64,000 nt of DNA from Bacteriovoracaceae bacterium (GCA_018649885.1 JABIHA010000094.1:1-64000); one strand, 5' to 3'; positions 1 to 10,680 are shown, counted from the first letter of the stretch. A program made the numbers and translations. The notes: generated by a model not told the origin, from the letters alone.

Positions 1-139
1 AACTCTTCTTCTCTCCGCCCGATAGCTCTGAAAGCACCATCGTTATCGCTGCTGTCAAAGTCGTTTTACCATGATCTACGTGACCAATCGTTCCGATGTT
101 TACGTGTGGTTTACTTCTATCAAATTTTTCTTTTGCCAT
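1..139 (-). CDS. tuf: Elongation factor Tu, 5' part (runs off window start)
   Basis: Minus strand reads [40 protein letters not shown] upstream. Confidence 0.97.
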   Translation of the reverse strand, partial: MAKEKFDRSKPHVNIGTIGHVDHGKTTLTAAITMVLSELSGGEKKS

Positions 140-294
140 GAGATTGTCTCCTGAACAGCAATATTAAGGTTTTAAGGCTAATTAGACGCATGAGTATTAT
201 ACGAAAACTTCGTATAGTCAAAGAGGAAAAATACTATAGGATATCAATAAACTTTAACCGAGCTGCTATATACGCCTTGACCTAGGGTATAAAA

Positions 295-657
295 TTGAAA
301 AAAATTTTGCATTTGTCAGTGTTTCTCTTGTTTTCTGCCTCATGTACAAGTCAACTCGCAACCTATCGCCGCAAAGCCGAAATTATTCTCGCTCACCATG
401 TTGAAAAATTTGGAAAATGTTATTTGGACGAATTCCCTCAACATCCTTACTTTAGCGGAACCCTAGTACTCAACATTGAAGTCTCAAAGCTGGGGGACAT
501 CAAAAATATTTCAACCACAAAAATATTTCACCCCAAAGTAGATAAATGCGTCATTGAACTCATAAGGCCAATTAAACTTCCAGCTCACCAAAAAGAAAAG
601 CTGAGCTACCAGCAGCCCCTTCACTTTTATAATGAGCAAGAAAAATTATATCTCTAG
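295..657 (+). CDS. Small lipoprotein with TonB-C/AgmX-PglI C-terminal-like domain
   Basis: Lipobox-like SASC; pattern CY..G.....I...G.I...D.C......I.LP..QP shared with 1824..2177. Confidence 0.6.
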   Translation: MKKILHLSVFLLFSASCTSQLATYRRKAEIILAHHVEKFGKCYLDEFPQHPYFSGTLVLNIEVSKLGDIKNISTTKIFHPKVDKCVIELIRPIKLPAHQKEKLSYQQPLHFYNEQEKLYL

Positions 658-1673
658 CGATAGTTTTTGCTTTTAATTCCGTCCATCACATCAAAAACAT
701 ACTCACTAGCGCTCTTAGTTCCAGCAAAAATACTTCTCGTGGTTTGGGATATCGTAAAAAAGGTGTGCATCTCACTTTTGGGTATCCATGCGCTGCAATT
801 GTCACCACCAGCTAAAGTGGACTGGTACAACCCCCCTGCGCCAAATATAAGTTTCTCGTGCTCTTTTCTATTAATTTCACCAAAAACTTCTGACATGACA
901 ATGTCTCGGCTTCCCTGAAGGACACCTACCTGCCAATCACTCAAAATAGAACATAATTTTGGAATTAGACCGGAAACGTTACCGTTGTTTACTTTTCTTT
1001 CAAAACTTCCAATCCCAAGAGCAGCATCAATATCTTTCAAATACCTCTTGGGGAATTTTTTCCAAAAGGATTTACCAAAGTGCAAGCCTGGGGCATCGGC
1101 TATCAGCGTTTTTCTGGCGTGTTTTGGAATTATCTTGTTCATTTTTGTTGCATGATAGATTGCACCGATAGCACCCGCAGAATATCCATAGATAAAGAAA
1201 TCGTTAATTTTATCAATTGAAATAGCACCATCTCTTTTAAAATATTCAAGAGCACTATTAAAGTTAAGAGCACCCACATGATAAGCCTTTCTCAGCCCAT
1301 ACTTTGCAACATGGGTTCCTACATGAACATCTCCTGTGCAGTAAGGAAAGAAAACACTCGTATGCTTAGTTATAGGCGAAAATTCAGGATTGCTTGAAGT
1401 CATTCCCCCAAAATTCGTCATTATTGGTATTGGATGCATCCAGGCCCTTCGGTTTAAACCAAAACATGTAGAGTGATTCCAGCAGGCACCTCCCCCCATG
1501 AAAACAAAAGCCAGTTTTTTTGGATCTCCTCTTTTGATGTAGACGAAATAATCTCGACCATCACCACAGCGAGCACCAGGAATGTAGTGTTTTTTCCATT
1601 TTGCTAATAGGGGAAAAGAGAACGTTATTAAAATTAAAAATGAGAACATTCTCATCAATTTGATTCCATCCAT
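654..1673 (-). CDS. Secreted pectin-acetylesterase-family hydrolase
   Basis: C.DG, GGGACW, YCTGDVH and GYSAG nucleophile motifs; GGAGG SD before ATG at 1673. Confidence 0.85.
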   Translation of the reverse strand: MDGIKLMRMFSFLILITFSFPLLAKWKKHYIPGARCGDGRDYFVYIKRGDPKKLAFVFMGGGACWNHSTCFGLNRRAWMHPIPIMTNFGGMTSSNPEFSPITKHTSVFFPYCTGDVHVGTHVAKYGLRKAYHVGALNFNSALEYFKRDGAISIDKINDFFIYGYSAGAIGAIYHATKMNKIIPKHARKTLIADAPGLHFGKSFWKKFPKRYLKDIDAALGIGSFERKVNNGNVSGLIPKLCSILSDWQVGVLQGSRDIVMSEVFGEINRKEHEKLIFGAGGLYQSTLAGGDNCSAWIPKSEMHTFFTISQTTRSIFAGTKSASEYVFDVMDGIKSKNYR

Positions 1674-1823
1674 AGAAAACCTCCGCAATTATAAACCGAT
1701 TTTAGCTAAGTAAAATCATAGAGTCACTATAGATTAGTACTTCCTGGTGAATGATCGAAAAGATAATGTAAATTTGCGAATATTCTCTTGAAAAAAATCC
1801 GAACTTAATCAACAATAGTAAAG

Positions 1824-2177
1824 ATGAAACATCTAGTATTAATGATCATTCTTTTATCTCTCACAGGTTGTGCTCAGAACCAGCTTAACCGGGACAACGC
1901 CCAACAAAAAATACAAGAGCAAATTGCTCTCATTAGTGGTGATATAGAAAATTGTTATGATGAAAAATCATTAAAAGCTGAAGTTAATTTTTCTATACTA
2001 TTTAACATTCAAGCAAACGGTGAGATTTCAGGGGCCAATATTATACCATCACAAGGTTCACAGAAAGATCAGTGTATTAATGAGGCAACAAAGAAAATTA
2101 GCCTACCACCCACAAAAGACAACGCAACTTTCTCAATCAAACAGCCAATTAAAATTAAAGTGAGCACAAAAAAATAG
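1824..2177 (+). CDS. Small lipoprotein with TonB-C/AgmX-PglI C-terminal-like domain
   Basis: Lipobox LTGC; paralogous pattern to 295..657. Confidence 0.65.
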   Translation: MKHLVLMIILLSLTGCAQNQLNRDNAQQKIQEQIALISGDIENCYDEKSLKAEVNFSILFNIQANGEISGANIIPSQGSQKDQCINEATKKISLPPTKDNATFSIKQPIKIKVSTKK

Positions 2178-2181
2178 AAAA

Positions 2182-2256
<75 letters not shown>

Positions 2257-2272
2257 AAACATTGTATCGAAA

Positions 2273-2348
2273 TGGAGCGGATGAAGAGACTCGAACCCTC
2301 AACCCCCAGCTTGGAAGGCTGGTGCTCTACCAATTGAGCTACATCCGC
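2273..2348 (-). tRNA. tRNA-Gly(TCC)
   Basis: GCGGATG acceptor stem, CTTCCAA anticodon loop, TTCGA T-loop, CCA. Confidence 0.97.
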
Positions 2349-2356
2349 TTTAAAAA

Positions 2357-2442
2357 TGGTGGCGTGAGATGGATTCGAACCATCGAAGGAATACTCCGGC
2401 AGATTTACAGTCTGCTCCCTTTAGCCACTCGGGAACCACGCC
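2357..2442 (-). tRNA. tRNA-Tyr(GTA)
   Basis: CTGTAAA anticodon loop, long variable arm, CCA. Confidence 0.97.
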
Positions 2443-2459
2443 AATTTCTAGGGTTTTAA

Positions 2460-2535
2460 TGGAGCTGACAATAGGATTTGAACCTACGACCGGCGGTTTA
2501 CAAAACCGCTGCTCTACCAACTGAGCTATGTCAGC
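2460..2535 (-). tRNA. tRNA-Thr(TGT)
   Basis: GCTGACA acceptor stem, TTTGTAA anticodon loop, CCA. Confidence 0.97.
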
Positions 2536-2556
2536 ACAACTAAAATCCGTCGTAAG

Positions 2557-2585
2557 GTTATAAATTTAGAGGATCACTTAGACAA
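2557..2585 (-). promoter_or_regulatory. Sigma70-type promoter of tRNA cluster
   Basis: TTGTCT-17nt-TATAAC just upstream of tRNA-Thr(TGT). Confidence 0.65.
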
Positions 2586-2592
2586 GTAAATT

Positions 2593-3336
2593 CTAACTGA
2601 ATAGTCGCTCCATAGAAATTGCCGCTGCCACTGAAACATTGAGTGACTTTATATTACCGCGCGGCTCTATAGCAAAGAGGTGACTCAAATTTCTAGAGAC
2701 CGCGTTAGACAGCCCCTTATCTTCAGAACCCAGCACTAAAACCTTTGGTCCCTGGATAGCAATTTCAAGCAGCTCACTATCAGCATGCTCAGATAGACCG
2801 ATAATAGGAACACCTATTTTGACTAACTTACCCAGTAGTTTTGGTAAGCTAGAGGTTCGCACTATTTTAACATGCTCTGCAGCTCCCGATGAAATTCTAT
2901 AAAAACTGGGGCTGCTTCCGAAAGTGCTTCTTGAAGGTAAAATTATATAGTTAACGCCATAAAAAGCAGCCGTTCTCAAAATTGCTGCTGCATTATGAGC
3001 GTCGGTCACACCGTCTAAGGCCAAAACCTTTACGATCTCTCGACTTCTCATTTCAGAATAAAATAGATCCATATCTGGATCTTCGATCTTGTCTGCTAGT
3101 AAAAAAACGCCATTTGGTACTCTGACATAATTGAACTCTAATTTTTTACAAAGCTCTTTGGCCCTCTCTTGGAGATCATGAGAGGTTAGGCATGTCACTT
3201 TCAGGGTTTCACCCAGCTTAACAACTTTTTTAAGTTCTTTTAATCCTTCATCAGTGGCAAACAACTGCAACTCAGATCTTGACTCATTTTGAAGGGCCTC
3301 AGCAATACTGTGTATACCAATTATCAAATCTCTCAT
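2593..3336 (-). CDS. rlmB: TrmH/SpoU-family rRNA 2'-O-methyltransferase (RlmB-like)
   Basis: LDGVTDAHN, LGSEDKGL, SLNVSVAA motifs. Confidence 0.85.
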   Translation of the reverse strand: MRDLIIGIHSIAEALQNESRSELQLFATDEGLKELKKVVKLGETLKVTCLTSHDLQERAKELCKKLEFNYVRVPNGVFLLADKIEDPDMDLFYSEMRSREIVKVLALDGVTDAHNAAAILRTAAFYGVNYIILPSRSTFGSSPSFYRISSGAAEHVKIVRTSSLPKLLGKLVKIGVPIIGLSEHADSELLEIAIQGPKVLVLGSEDKGLSNAVSRNLSHLFAIEPRGNIKSLNVSVAAAISMERLFS

Positions 3337-3368
3337 TTTCTTTTATCTTTATTTAGGTAAAGGAGTTT

Positions 3369-5087
3369 CTATATCTCTTTCCAAGTTTTTACTACATGAT
3401 CTACAAGGCTATCTAATGCTACTTTACAACGCTCACCATTTTTTCTGACTCTGATTTCAACTTCACCAGTTTTAACAAAGTCGCGCTCACCAAAGACAAC
3501 GGCAAGTGGAAGCCCTAAAAGCTCAGCATCTTTCATCATCGCCCCAAAGCCAAGGCCTCTATCATCAAATAAAACTTCAAACCCAGCTTTTTTTAGATCG
3601 CAATAAATCTTTTCACCGATTTCTTTGTTTTCATCTTTTTTGGCCATCATGGCCAAGTAGATATGAAAAGGAGCTATTTCTTTTGGCCAAATAATGCCAT
3701 TTTCATCATGGTTTTGCTCAATTGCCGAAGCTGCCAGCCTGGTTACACCAATACCATAACAACCCATAACAGGAGCGATCGCTTTCCCATTAACATTGAG
3801 AACTGTAGCATTCATAGACTTGGTGTATTTGTCACCCAGTTGAAAAATATGACCTACTTCAATTCCTTTTTTCTCAACTACGTCTTTTCCACATTCACAA
3901 CAACTATCACCGTTTCTAGAAAGTCGCAGATCAACTTGCTCGAAATTTTTTCCATCTCTTTGAAATACATACCCTTTTAAATGAAAATCAACTTTTCCAG
4001 CTCCTACTACATAGGATTTCTCAACATCAACTTCACTATCTACAAGGGTTTTTAAGTCTTTAACATCGTTTGGACCGATAAATCCCTTCACTAACCCAAG
4101 TGTCTCAATAGCCTCGTCAGTTGCAGCAGCAAGGTGATTGCTTCCCAAGAAGTTTTTTAGCTTCACTTCATTCACTTCATCATCGCCAAGCAAAACCACA
4201 AGCACATGCTGCTCTTCTTCACCGGTAACAGATGTATAAACTAAATTTTTAAGAGTTTGATGTTCTGGTATGTTTAAAAAGTTGGCTACATCAGAAATGG
4301 TACTTTTATTAGGAGTGGGCACCTCTTCTAATTGCGATATTTCTCCAAAATCCAAACTTGATCTTCCAGTTTGTGCTCGTTCATTATTGGCAGCGTAGCC
4401 ACACCCTTCACACAAGATAACATTGTCCTCACCTGAGTCTGCAATAACCTGGAATTCATGTGTTTGAGCTTCCCCTGAGGCCATAGCCCCTGCATCAGCT
4501 TGAACTGCGAGGTAATTAAGTCCAATTTTTTCGATGATTCTGCTATAAACGTCGTACATAACCTGATAGCCACGATCGAGGCAATCTTTATCAACATGAA
4601 AACTATATGCGTCTTTCATGCTAAATTCACGTCCTCTCATTAGCCCATATCTCGGTCTTATTTCGTCTCTAAATTTTGTCCCTATTTGGTATAGCGTAAC
4701 TGGCAATTGCTTATATGACGTAACTGATTTTCTAAAACAATCTGTTATGGCCTCTTCATTGGTTGGACTTATACAGAGATCTCTTCCGGCTCGATCTTGA
4801 AACCTAAGCATTTCGCTTCCAAAATCATCCCATCTTCCAGTTTCTCGCCAAAGCTCTCCAGGGGTCACGACACTCATGGAAACTTCCATGCATCCGACAT
4901 CATTGTGCTCATCTCGGATGATTTTTTCTACTTTTTGAAAAACTCGGAGGCCAAAAGGGAGATAGGTGTAAATTCCACTACCTGATTTTTGAATCAGTCC
5001 TGCTCTCAACATTAATCTATGAGAAGGAATGACAGCGTCCGCTGGTACTTCTCTAAGTGTATGCCAAAATGCTTTTGATAGTTTCAT
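3369..5087 (-). CDS. proS: Prolyl-tRNA synthetase (with insertion editing domain)
   Basis: PTNEE, FRDEIRPR, EVGHIFQLG, MGCYGIG; start MKLSKAF at 5087 with SD. Confidence 0.97.
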   Translation of the reverse strand: MKLSKAFWHTLREVPADAVIPSHRLMLRAGLIQKSGSGIYTYLPFGLRVFQKVEKIIRDEHNDVGCMEVSMSVVTPGELWRETGRWDDFGSEMLRFQDRAGRDLCISPTNEEAITDCFRKSVTSYKQLPVTLYQIGTKFRDEIRPRYGLMRGREFSMKDAYSFHVDKDCLDRGYQVMYDVYSRIIEKIGLNYLAVQADAGAMASGEAQTHEFQVIADSGEDNVILCEGCGYAANNERAQTGRSSLDFGEISQLEEVPTPNKSTISDVANFLNIPEHQTLKNLVYTSVTGEEEQHVLVVLLGDDEVNEVKLKNFLGSNHLAAATDEAIETLGLVKGFIGPNDVKDLKTLVDSEVDVEKSYVVGAGKVDFHLKGYVFQRDGKNFEQVDLRLSRNGDSCCECGKDVVEKKGIEVGHIFQLGDKYTKSMNATVLNVNGKAIAPVMGCYGIGVTRLAASAIEQNHDENGIIWPKEIAPFHIYLAMMAKKDENKEIGEKIYCDLKKAGFEVLFDDRGLGFGAMMKDAELLGLPLAVVFGERDFVKTGEVEIRVRKNGERCKVALDSLVDHVVKTWKEI

Positions 5088-5154
5088 AATACTCCCCTTT
5101 AAGGACGAACCTACTTTATACCGCTTTGAGCAATAAAAGGGAAGGGCCCAAATG

Positions 5155-5187
5155 AAAAAAGCTCCCACATTAATAAGAGGGAGCTTT
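5155..5187 (-). terminator. Intrinsic terminator after porin gene
   Basis: AAAGCTCCC..GGGAGCTTT stem followed by T-run on minus strand. Confidence 0.7.
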
Positions 5188-5228
5188 GCAAAATTCTTGA
5201 AGGAATATTTTATTATTAGTCAGAGCTT

Positions 5229-6317
5229 CTAGAAGCCCAAAGTAATACCTGTTAAAATGATATGAGATTTGTTGTCAGTTCTCGTACTAAATAATTTTCC
5301 AGAATTAACCTTTGTTACATGATTTCCGTATAACAGTCTTGTAGAAACATGCTTGTTAAACGAGTAGAGAATACCTGTTGAAATTCTTGTTTGTTCTCCA
5401 CCTTTTGATCCAGTGGCACCAATGACTTCATCGCCATCAAATTTTGCCTCGGCATATGTAAGGCCTGCAGTGAAATCACCAAACTTATAGCTGAAAGCAC
5501 CTAAGTAATAATCTCTTTCAACTCTTGCACCTGAAACTCTATCAAGTTTTCTCTTCATATAATTGAGGCCAAAAGTTGCACCTAAGTAACCAAGCTTTGC
5601 GCCCGTGTCCCAAAATTTATTGGCGTCCTTACTGTCTGTATTTCTTTGATCCTCGAGGTTGTAGGAACCGTGAAGTCTAAGTTTTAATACTCCAAACTCT
5701 TTGCTGTAAGTTAAGAGATTTGAATACCAAGTAGCTGTAGAGCTTGTTTTGGCCATTGCTGTGTTGTCTCTATCAATTGTAAGCGTGTAGTTAAAGCCTG
5801 CAAAGTTTGGAGTTTTGTAGCCTACTAGATCTTGCCGACTACGGTCGTAGAAAGAGCATGTAGTTGCCACTCTACCTTGAATGTCATCAAGATCACAACC
5901 TGCTGACAGTCCGGAGTGATCAAATGGATCCATCCCCTTTATTTCTTTTCTATAGGGAACATCTGTTTGACCAAATATAAAGTCTCCGTAATTAGATTTC
6001 AAAACAACATTTGCTTGCCTTATTCTAATGGTATCTGTTCCCCCAGCATCTTTAAATGAGTTGAATCCTGCCTCTAATTTATAAGCGGCATCAAAGGAGC
6101 CACTTAGTTCATGTGAGCCTTTGAACCCAAATCTTGTTTCTGTATCATCTACACCTGTAATACCTGAAAGTTTTTGATATTTAGCTTCTGTTTTTTGATC
6201 AATGTATCTAAATTCTTTATTTACTTTCCCGTAAAGAGTGGGCCCTGCTGCGCTAACAGAACTAGCAGCCAAAATAAAACTCATTAACATAATTTTTTTC
6301 ATCTTTTTCTCCGGCAT
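5229..6317 (-). CDS. Gram-negative porin
   Basis: Signal peptide, TLYGKV, RFGFKG, YKTPNFAGF, C-terminal Phe. Confidence 0.85.
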   Translation of the reverse strand: MPEKKMKKIMLMSFILAASSVSAAGPTLYGKVNKEFRYIDQKTEAKYQKLSGITGVDDTETRFGFKGSHELSGSFDAAYKLEAGFNSFKDAGGTDTIRIRQANVVLKSNYGDFIFGQTDVPYRKEIKGMDPFDHSGLSAGCDLDDIQGRVATTCSFYDRSRQDLVGYKTPNFAGFNYTLTIDRDNTAMAKTSSTATWYSNLLTYSKEFGVLKLRLHGSYNLEDQRNTDSKDANKFWDTGAKLGYLGATFGLNYMKRKLDRVSGARVERDYYLGAFSYKFGDFTAGLTYAEAKFDGDEVIGATGSKGGEQTRISTGILYSFNKHVSTRLLYGNHVTKVNSGKLFSTRTDNKSHIILTGITLGF

Positions 6318-6540
6318 GGTAACTTTCGTTTTTCAAATTATACAAAATTTATCACCCATAAATAAAGTTCAGATTGTGTAAGGAAGGTTAAATTTTTATT
6401 TGAATGTTGTTAGCAATTCCTCAAAAAATGCTTCAAAATTTAAGATTTTTTAATGACATAGATCACTAACATTCAATATCATTGGCTATAGCATAACTTT
6501 GTTATTGATTAATTTTGTATTTTCTTGAAGAGGAGTTCAG

Positions 6541-7764
6541 ATGAGAAAACTAGTTCTAATTCTATTAGCAATAAGCATGCTAATACCATCGGCATTTGCA
6601 GTCGACCTTTCAGGCCAAGGTCTGATGCGACATGAAAATAAAAACAATTCAGATTTCACCGACACTGTAAGAGACGACGTTAGCTTCACGGCGTCTAGAT
6701 TCCGTCTTAATGTGAAAGCTGCTCCAGAAGGAGCAAAGTGGGACTTATTTTTTCAACCTCAGTTTACTAAAGTTTGGGGTCAACAAGTTTCAGGATCCAA
6801 CACAAGTGGTGCCCTTAACGATACAACAAATGATATTCACCAAGCCTATGTAAATTGGAATATATTAGAAAAACTATCACTAAAAGCTGGTAGACAAGAA
6901 CTTGCCTACGGTGACCAGTTAGTTATTGGCTCAGTTGGCTGGAGTGTACAAGCTAGAAGTTTTGATGGTGCTAGACTAAGATCCACTTTTTTTGGACGCT
7001 TTACTGACATGTTCTGGACCAAAGTTAAAGACAATGATGTTTCAGCTGCTGCCATTGGTGATGATGAATTCTACGGACTCTATCATTCACATGACTTTGG
7101 TGAGTATCTTAAATTCCTAGATCTATATACCTTTAACAAAGCGTACCACACAGGTGGGACAGCTGGAGAAACATCTCTTTGGACATTTGGTACAAGATTA
7201 AAATCAAGCTTTCATGGCTTTGATTACAGGGTTGAGCTTACTAGCCAAACCGGTAAAGGGATGACAAAGAACTCTACTCTTGCCACAAAGCAATCTGGCA
7301 ACCAAGCTGATTTAGAATTTGGTTACAGCCCGAACTTTCTTGGCATGAGAATATCTCTTGAATACTTACAAGCATCAAAAGACTACGACCAACTATATCC
7401 TACTGGTCACAAATTCTTAGGTTTTGCTGATCAATTTTCAAGACGAAACGTAAGAAGTTATGTTGCTCACCTTAAGCTTGCTCCAATTGACAAACTATTG
7501 GTTAAAGTTGACTACCACATGATTGAAAGGCTTAAAGATAATAAGCCAAACTACAATTTTGGTGGTGGAGCCAGAGGTGCTACTTCAACATCTAAAAAAG
7601 AAGATGTGGCAACTGAACTAGACCTAACTGTTAAGTATACCCTTGATAAAGGATTATTCGCTCAGGTAGGCCATTCAATGGTAACAGCTGAAGGATATTT
7701 AAAAGCACTTTCAACCAAAGATAGTACGTCTTGGTCATATGTAATGTTAGTCGCAAACTTTTAA
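6541..7764 (+). CDS. Alginate-export-family outer-membrane beta-barrel
   Basis: Signal peptide, KAGRQELAYGDQ..IG, SFDG, YPTGHKF, C-terminal Phe. Confidence 0.8.
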   Translation: MRKLVLILLAISMLIPSAFAVDLSGQGLMRHENKNNSDFTDTVRDDVSFTASRFRLNVKAAPEGAKWDLFFQPQFTKVWGQQVSGSNTSGALNDTTNDIHQAYVNWNILEKLSLKAGRQELAYGDQLVIGSVGWSVQARSFDGARLRSTFFGRFTDMFWTKVKDNDVSAAAIGDDEFYGLYHSHDFGEYLKFLDLYTFNKAYHTGGTAGETSLWTFGTRLKSSFHGFDYRVELTSQTGKGMTKNSTLATKQSGNQADLEFGYSPNFLGMRISLEYLQASKDYDQLYPTGHKFLGFADQFSRRNVRSYVAHLKLAPIDKLLVKVDYHMIERLKDNKPNYNFGGGARGATSTSKKEDVATELDLTVKYTLDKGLFAQVGHSMVTAEGYLKALSTKDSTSWSYVMLVANF

Positions 7765-7794
7765 ACCAGACGATTTTTCTACTTCTCTAAAGTC

Positions 7795-7821
7795 TGTGGG
7801 GAGATTTCTGATCTCCTCACA
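7795..7821. terminator. Hairpin between convergent genes
   Basis: TGTGGGGAGAT-ttctg-ATCTCCTCACA. Confidence 0.5.
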
Positions 7822-7842
7822 TCTTTTGTAATATAAAAAAAA

Positions 7843-8760
7843 TTAGTGAAATGTATTAATTGCGAGCGGAAGCTCGAAGGCTTTAGTTGTCTCTTCATGT
7901 AATGATGAAGCTGAAACAATTTGATAGGCTGATGTTTGCTCTAGAATTTTTTTGCACAGTAAATTGTGTAAATTATGACCCGATTTAAATGTCGTAACTT
8001 TACCAGCTATTTCATGACCTAGAAGTGATAGGTCACCTAAAGTATCAAGAATTTTATGTCTTACTAATTCATTTTGAAATCTAAGGCCTTCAGCGTTCAT
8101 CACATTGAAGTCATCCAAAACAACAGCATTATCAAGTGAGCCACCTTTAATAAGACCTCTACGTTTTAACATATCCACGTCACGTAAAAGACAGAATGTC
8201 CTAGCTCGACTAATATCATTGATAAAGTTTTCACAAGAAAAATCAAAAATTTCTCTTTGAGTTTTAATCTTTGGATGAGGAAAAACAATTGTTGAATCAA
8301 TTATCAGCTTCTGTGAAGGCTCAATCATGGCCCACTTATCTTCAAGCTCAACTCTAATCGGCTCGAGAATCACCATAAACTTTTTTGTTTTATTTAGATT
8401 TTTTACACCTGTTTCTTTAAGTATAAAAACAAAAGAAGCACCTGATCCGTCCATAATGGGAACTTCAGGGCCATCAACTTCACAAAGAACATTATTTATT
8501 CCAAACCCGTAAAGAGTTGCCAGTAAGTGTTCAACTGTATGAATACAATTTTCGCCCTGACCTAAAGTTGTATTGTTTTCTGTCGCCCCAACATTTTCTG
8601 TTGTTGCGCTCAAAATTGGTGCATTTTTGATATCAACTCTTCTAAACTGAATACCATAATCTGCAGGAGCAGGACTTAAAGTCAGCATAACTTTGCGACC
8701 CGAGTGAAGTCCAATCCCGGTGATCTCTACTTTTTTTGAAATCGTTCTTTGAAATAACAT
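7843..8760 (-). CDS. lpxC: UDP-3-O-acyl-GlcNAc deacetylase
   Basis: GIGLHSG, TVEHL, PIMDGS, HKILD..GD. Confidence 0.97.
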   Translation of the reverse strand: MLFQRTISKKVEITGIGLHSGRKVMLTLSPAPADYGIQFRRVDIKNAPILSATTENVGATENNTTLGQGENCIHTVEHLLATLYGFGINNVLCEVDGPEVPIMDGSGASFVFILKETGVKNLNKTKKFMVILEPIRVELEDKWAMIEPSQKLIIDSTIVFPHPKIKTQREIFDFSCENFINDISRARTFCLLRDVDMLKRRGLIKGGSLDNAVVLDDFNVMNAEGLRFQNELVRHKILDTLGDLSLLGHEIAGKVTTFKSGHNLHNLLCKKILEQTSAYQIVSASSLHEETTKAFELPLAINTFH

Positions 8761-9026
8761 ATATATGCCCACCGTATATTTAGCTCTCGGCAAGCTCCTC
8801 AACTACCCAATATTATTCAACCACGGACTCTAGTATAAACGAATTTCCAGAAAAAAAACCTAGAAAATTCGTCCGGGTTAAATTATTCATTGCCGGATTC
8901 TAAATTTAACTACCTTTCGACTTAAATAAAAATTCATTTAAAAAAAAAGGTGAGCGCACAGGTATAACCCTTGAAAATTATTCCATCAAGCCCCCAGGGT
9001 AAAATATATAAGAAATTTACTCAGAT

Positions 9027-10037
9027 TTATAACTTATTTGAATCTATATGTTTTTGAGCTTTCTCTGAAATCATCCTTCCACGGGGCGTCCTCAGAATAA
9101 AGCCCTCTTTAAGCAAAAAAGGCTCATAAACATCTTCTATTGTCCCTCGATCTTCACCAAGAGTAGCGCAGAGGGCATCGATTCCAACCGGCCCTCCTCC
9201 GTAATAATCGCTAATTATAGACAAAATTCTCCGGTCCATTGCATCCAGACCCATTTGATCAATATCTAGAAGTTCCAGTGGTCTTTTAATATCTTCAAGT
9301 TGGACCACATCCTTGTCATATACAACAGCAAAGTCCCTAACTCTCCTCAAAACTCGGTTGGCCATTCGAGGGGTTCCACGTGAACGCCTTGCAATTTGGT
9401 GTGTTGCCTCTTTGCTCACCTTCAGTTTTATTTTGGGACAGTTATTAGTGATAATCTTCTCTAGTTCATCATTTGAATAAAAGCCAAAATGAAGATGAGC
9501 CATGAATCTATCTCTCAATGGATTAGACAATAAGCCCGATCTTGTTGTGGCTCCAATCAGTGTAAATGGAGGTAGATTAATTTCCATCGTCCTAGCGGCT
9601 GCCCCTTGGCCAATGAGAATATCTAATCTAAAATCTTCCATTGCAGAGTAAAGCATTTCCTCAACTGCAATATGCATCCTATGAATCTCATCAATGAATA
9701 GTACGTCTTTAGGATTTAAATTTGTTAATACCGCAGCTAGGTCTCCCTTTCTCTCAATGGCTGGACCAGAAATAACATGTAACTCACTTTTAAGCTCTTC
9801 AGCTATGATCATCGCAAGCGAGGTTTTTCCTAGCCCGGGAGGACCCGACAAAAGAACATGGTCCATGTGGGCATTTCTTTTGGTGGCAGACTTCACCATC
9901 ACTTCGATATTATCGATAACTTTTCTCTGACCAACATATTCTGAGAAATTTTTCGGACGAAGCCCTTCCTCGACAATTTTCTCACTGGTATTTTCCACTT
10001 GGGGAGAAAAAAGCCTATCTAAATTTTCCATTTCCAT
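9027..10037 (-). CDS. ruvB: Holliday junction branch-migration helicase RuvB
   Basis: GPPGLGKT, FIDEIHR, GATTR, RGTPR, YEPFL. Confidence 0.98.
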   Translation of the reverse strand: MEMENLDRLFSPQVENTSEKIVEEGLRPKNFSEYVGQRKVIDNIEVMVKSATKRNAHMDHVLLSGPPGLGKTSLAMIIAEELKSELHVISGPAIERKGDLAAVLTNLNPKDVLFIDEIHRMHIAVEEMLYSAMEDFRLDILIGQGAAARTMEINLPPFTLIGATTRSGLLSNPLRDRFMAHLHFGFYSNDELEKIITNNCPKIKLKVSKEATHQIARRSRGTPRMANRVLRRVRDFAVVYDKDVVQLEDIKRPLELLDIDQMGLDAMDRRILSIISDYYGGGPVGIDALCATLGEDRGTIEDVYEPFLLKEGFILRTPRGRMISEKAQKHIDSNKL

Positions 10038-10047
10038 AATTTTATCC

Positions 10048-10680
10048 CTACTGCGATCTATCTTTTAATATAAGTTGAACCAACTCTTCAGCTCCACCAA
10101 CACTGTGGTCCTTTAAAAGTTTTTGGGCCACAGGAACAATCTCACTTTCTTTAAACCCTAGTTCCTTACATGCCATAATGGTGTCATTTAAAACGCTGCT
10201 TTGGCCTTCAAAAGCTATTTGATCTAGTGAGCTGGCCTTATCACCAGCAACAGATAGTGTGGGGTAGTCAAAGCAATTTGAATAAAGATTTATTTCATCC
10301 AGCTTGTCTTTCATGTCCAGAATAATTTGTGCAGCTGCCTTTTTTCCAATTCCAGGAGCCTTTTGTAATACTTTTACATCTTCGAGAAGTATTGCCTTTG
10401 AAGTTTCTAGCACTCCAATACTGCTTACAAGAGAATATGCAGACTTTGGCCCAACACCTTTCACTTTCAAAAGCAATTCGAATATCTTTTTATCTTTTAA
10501 TGTAGAAAAGCCAAAGAACCTTTGATCATTCTCTCTGATAATATGAGAAATAAATAATGAAACATCACTTCCTTCTCGGAGTAACTTCGAGTATGAAACT
10601 TCATAACCTACTCCTGAAGCCAAAATGATAGAATCACTTCCATCACTAAAAATAACTTCACCTTTTAAATATCCAATCAT
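10048..10680 (-). CDS. ruvA: Holliday junction DNA-binding protein RuvA
   Basis: MIGYLKG, GVGY, VKGVGPK, PGIGKK; context. Confidence 0.96.
   Translation of the reverse strand: MIGYLKGEVIFSDGSDSIILASGVGYEVSYSKLLREGSDVSLFISHIIRENDQRFFGFSTLKDKKIFELLLKVKGVGPKSAYSLVSSIGVLETSKAILLEDVKVLQKAPGIGKKAAAQIILDMKDKLDEINLYSNCFDYPTLSVAGDKASSLDQIAFEGQSSVLNDTIMACKELGFKESEIVPVAQKLLKDHSVGGAEELVQLILKDRSQ

Noticed and set aside
195..217. loxP-like sequence (AACTTCGTATA / TATACGAA)
   Set aside because: Arms are in the wrong order with no 8-bp spacer; probably coincidental
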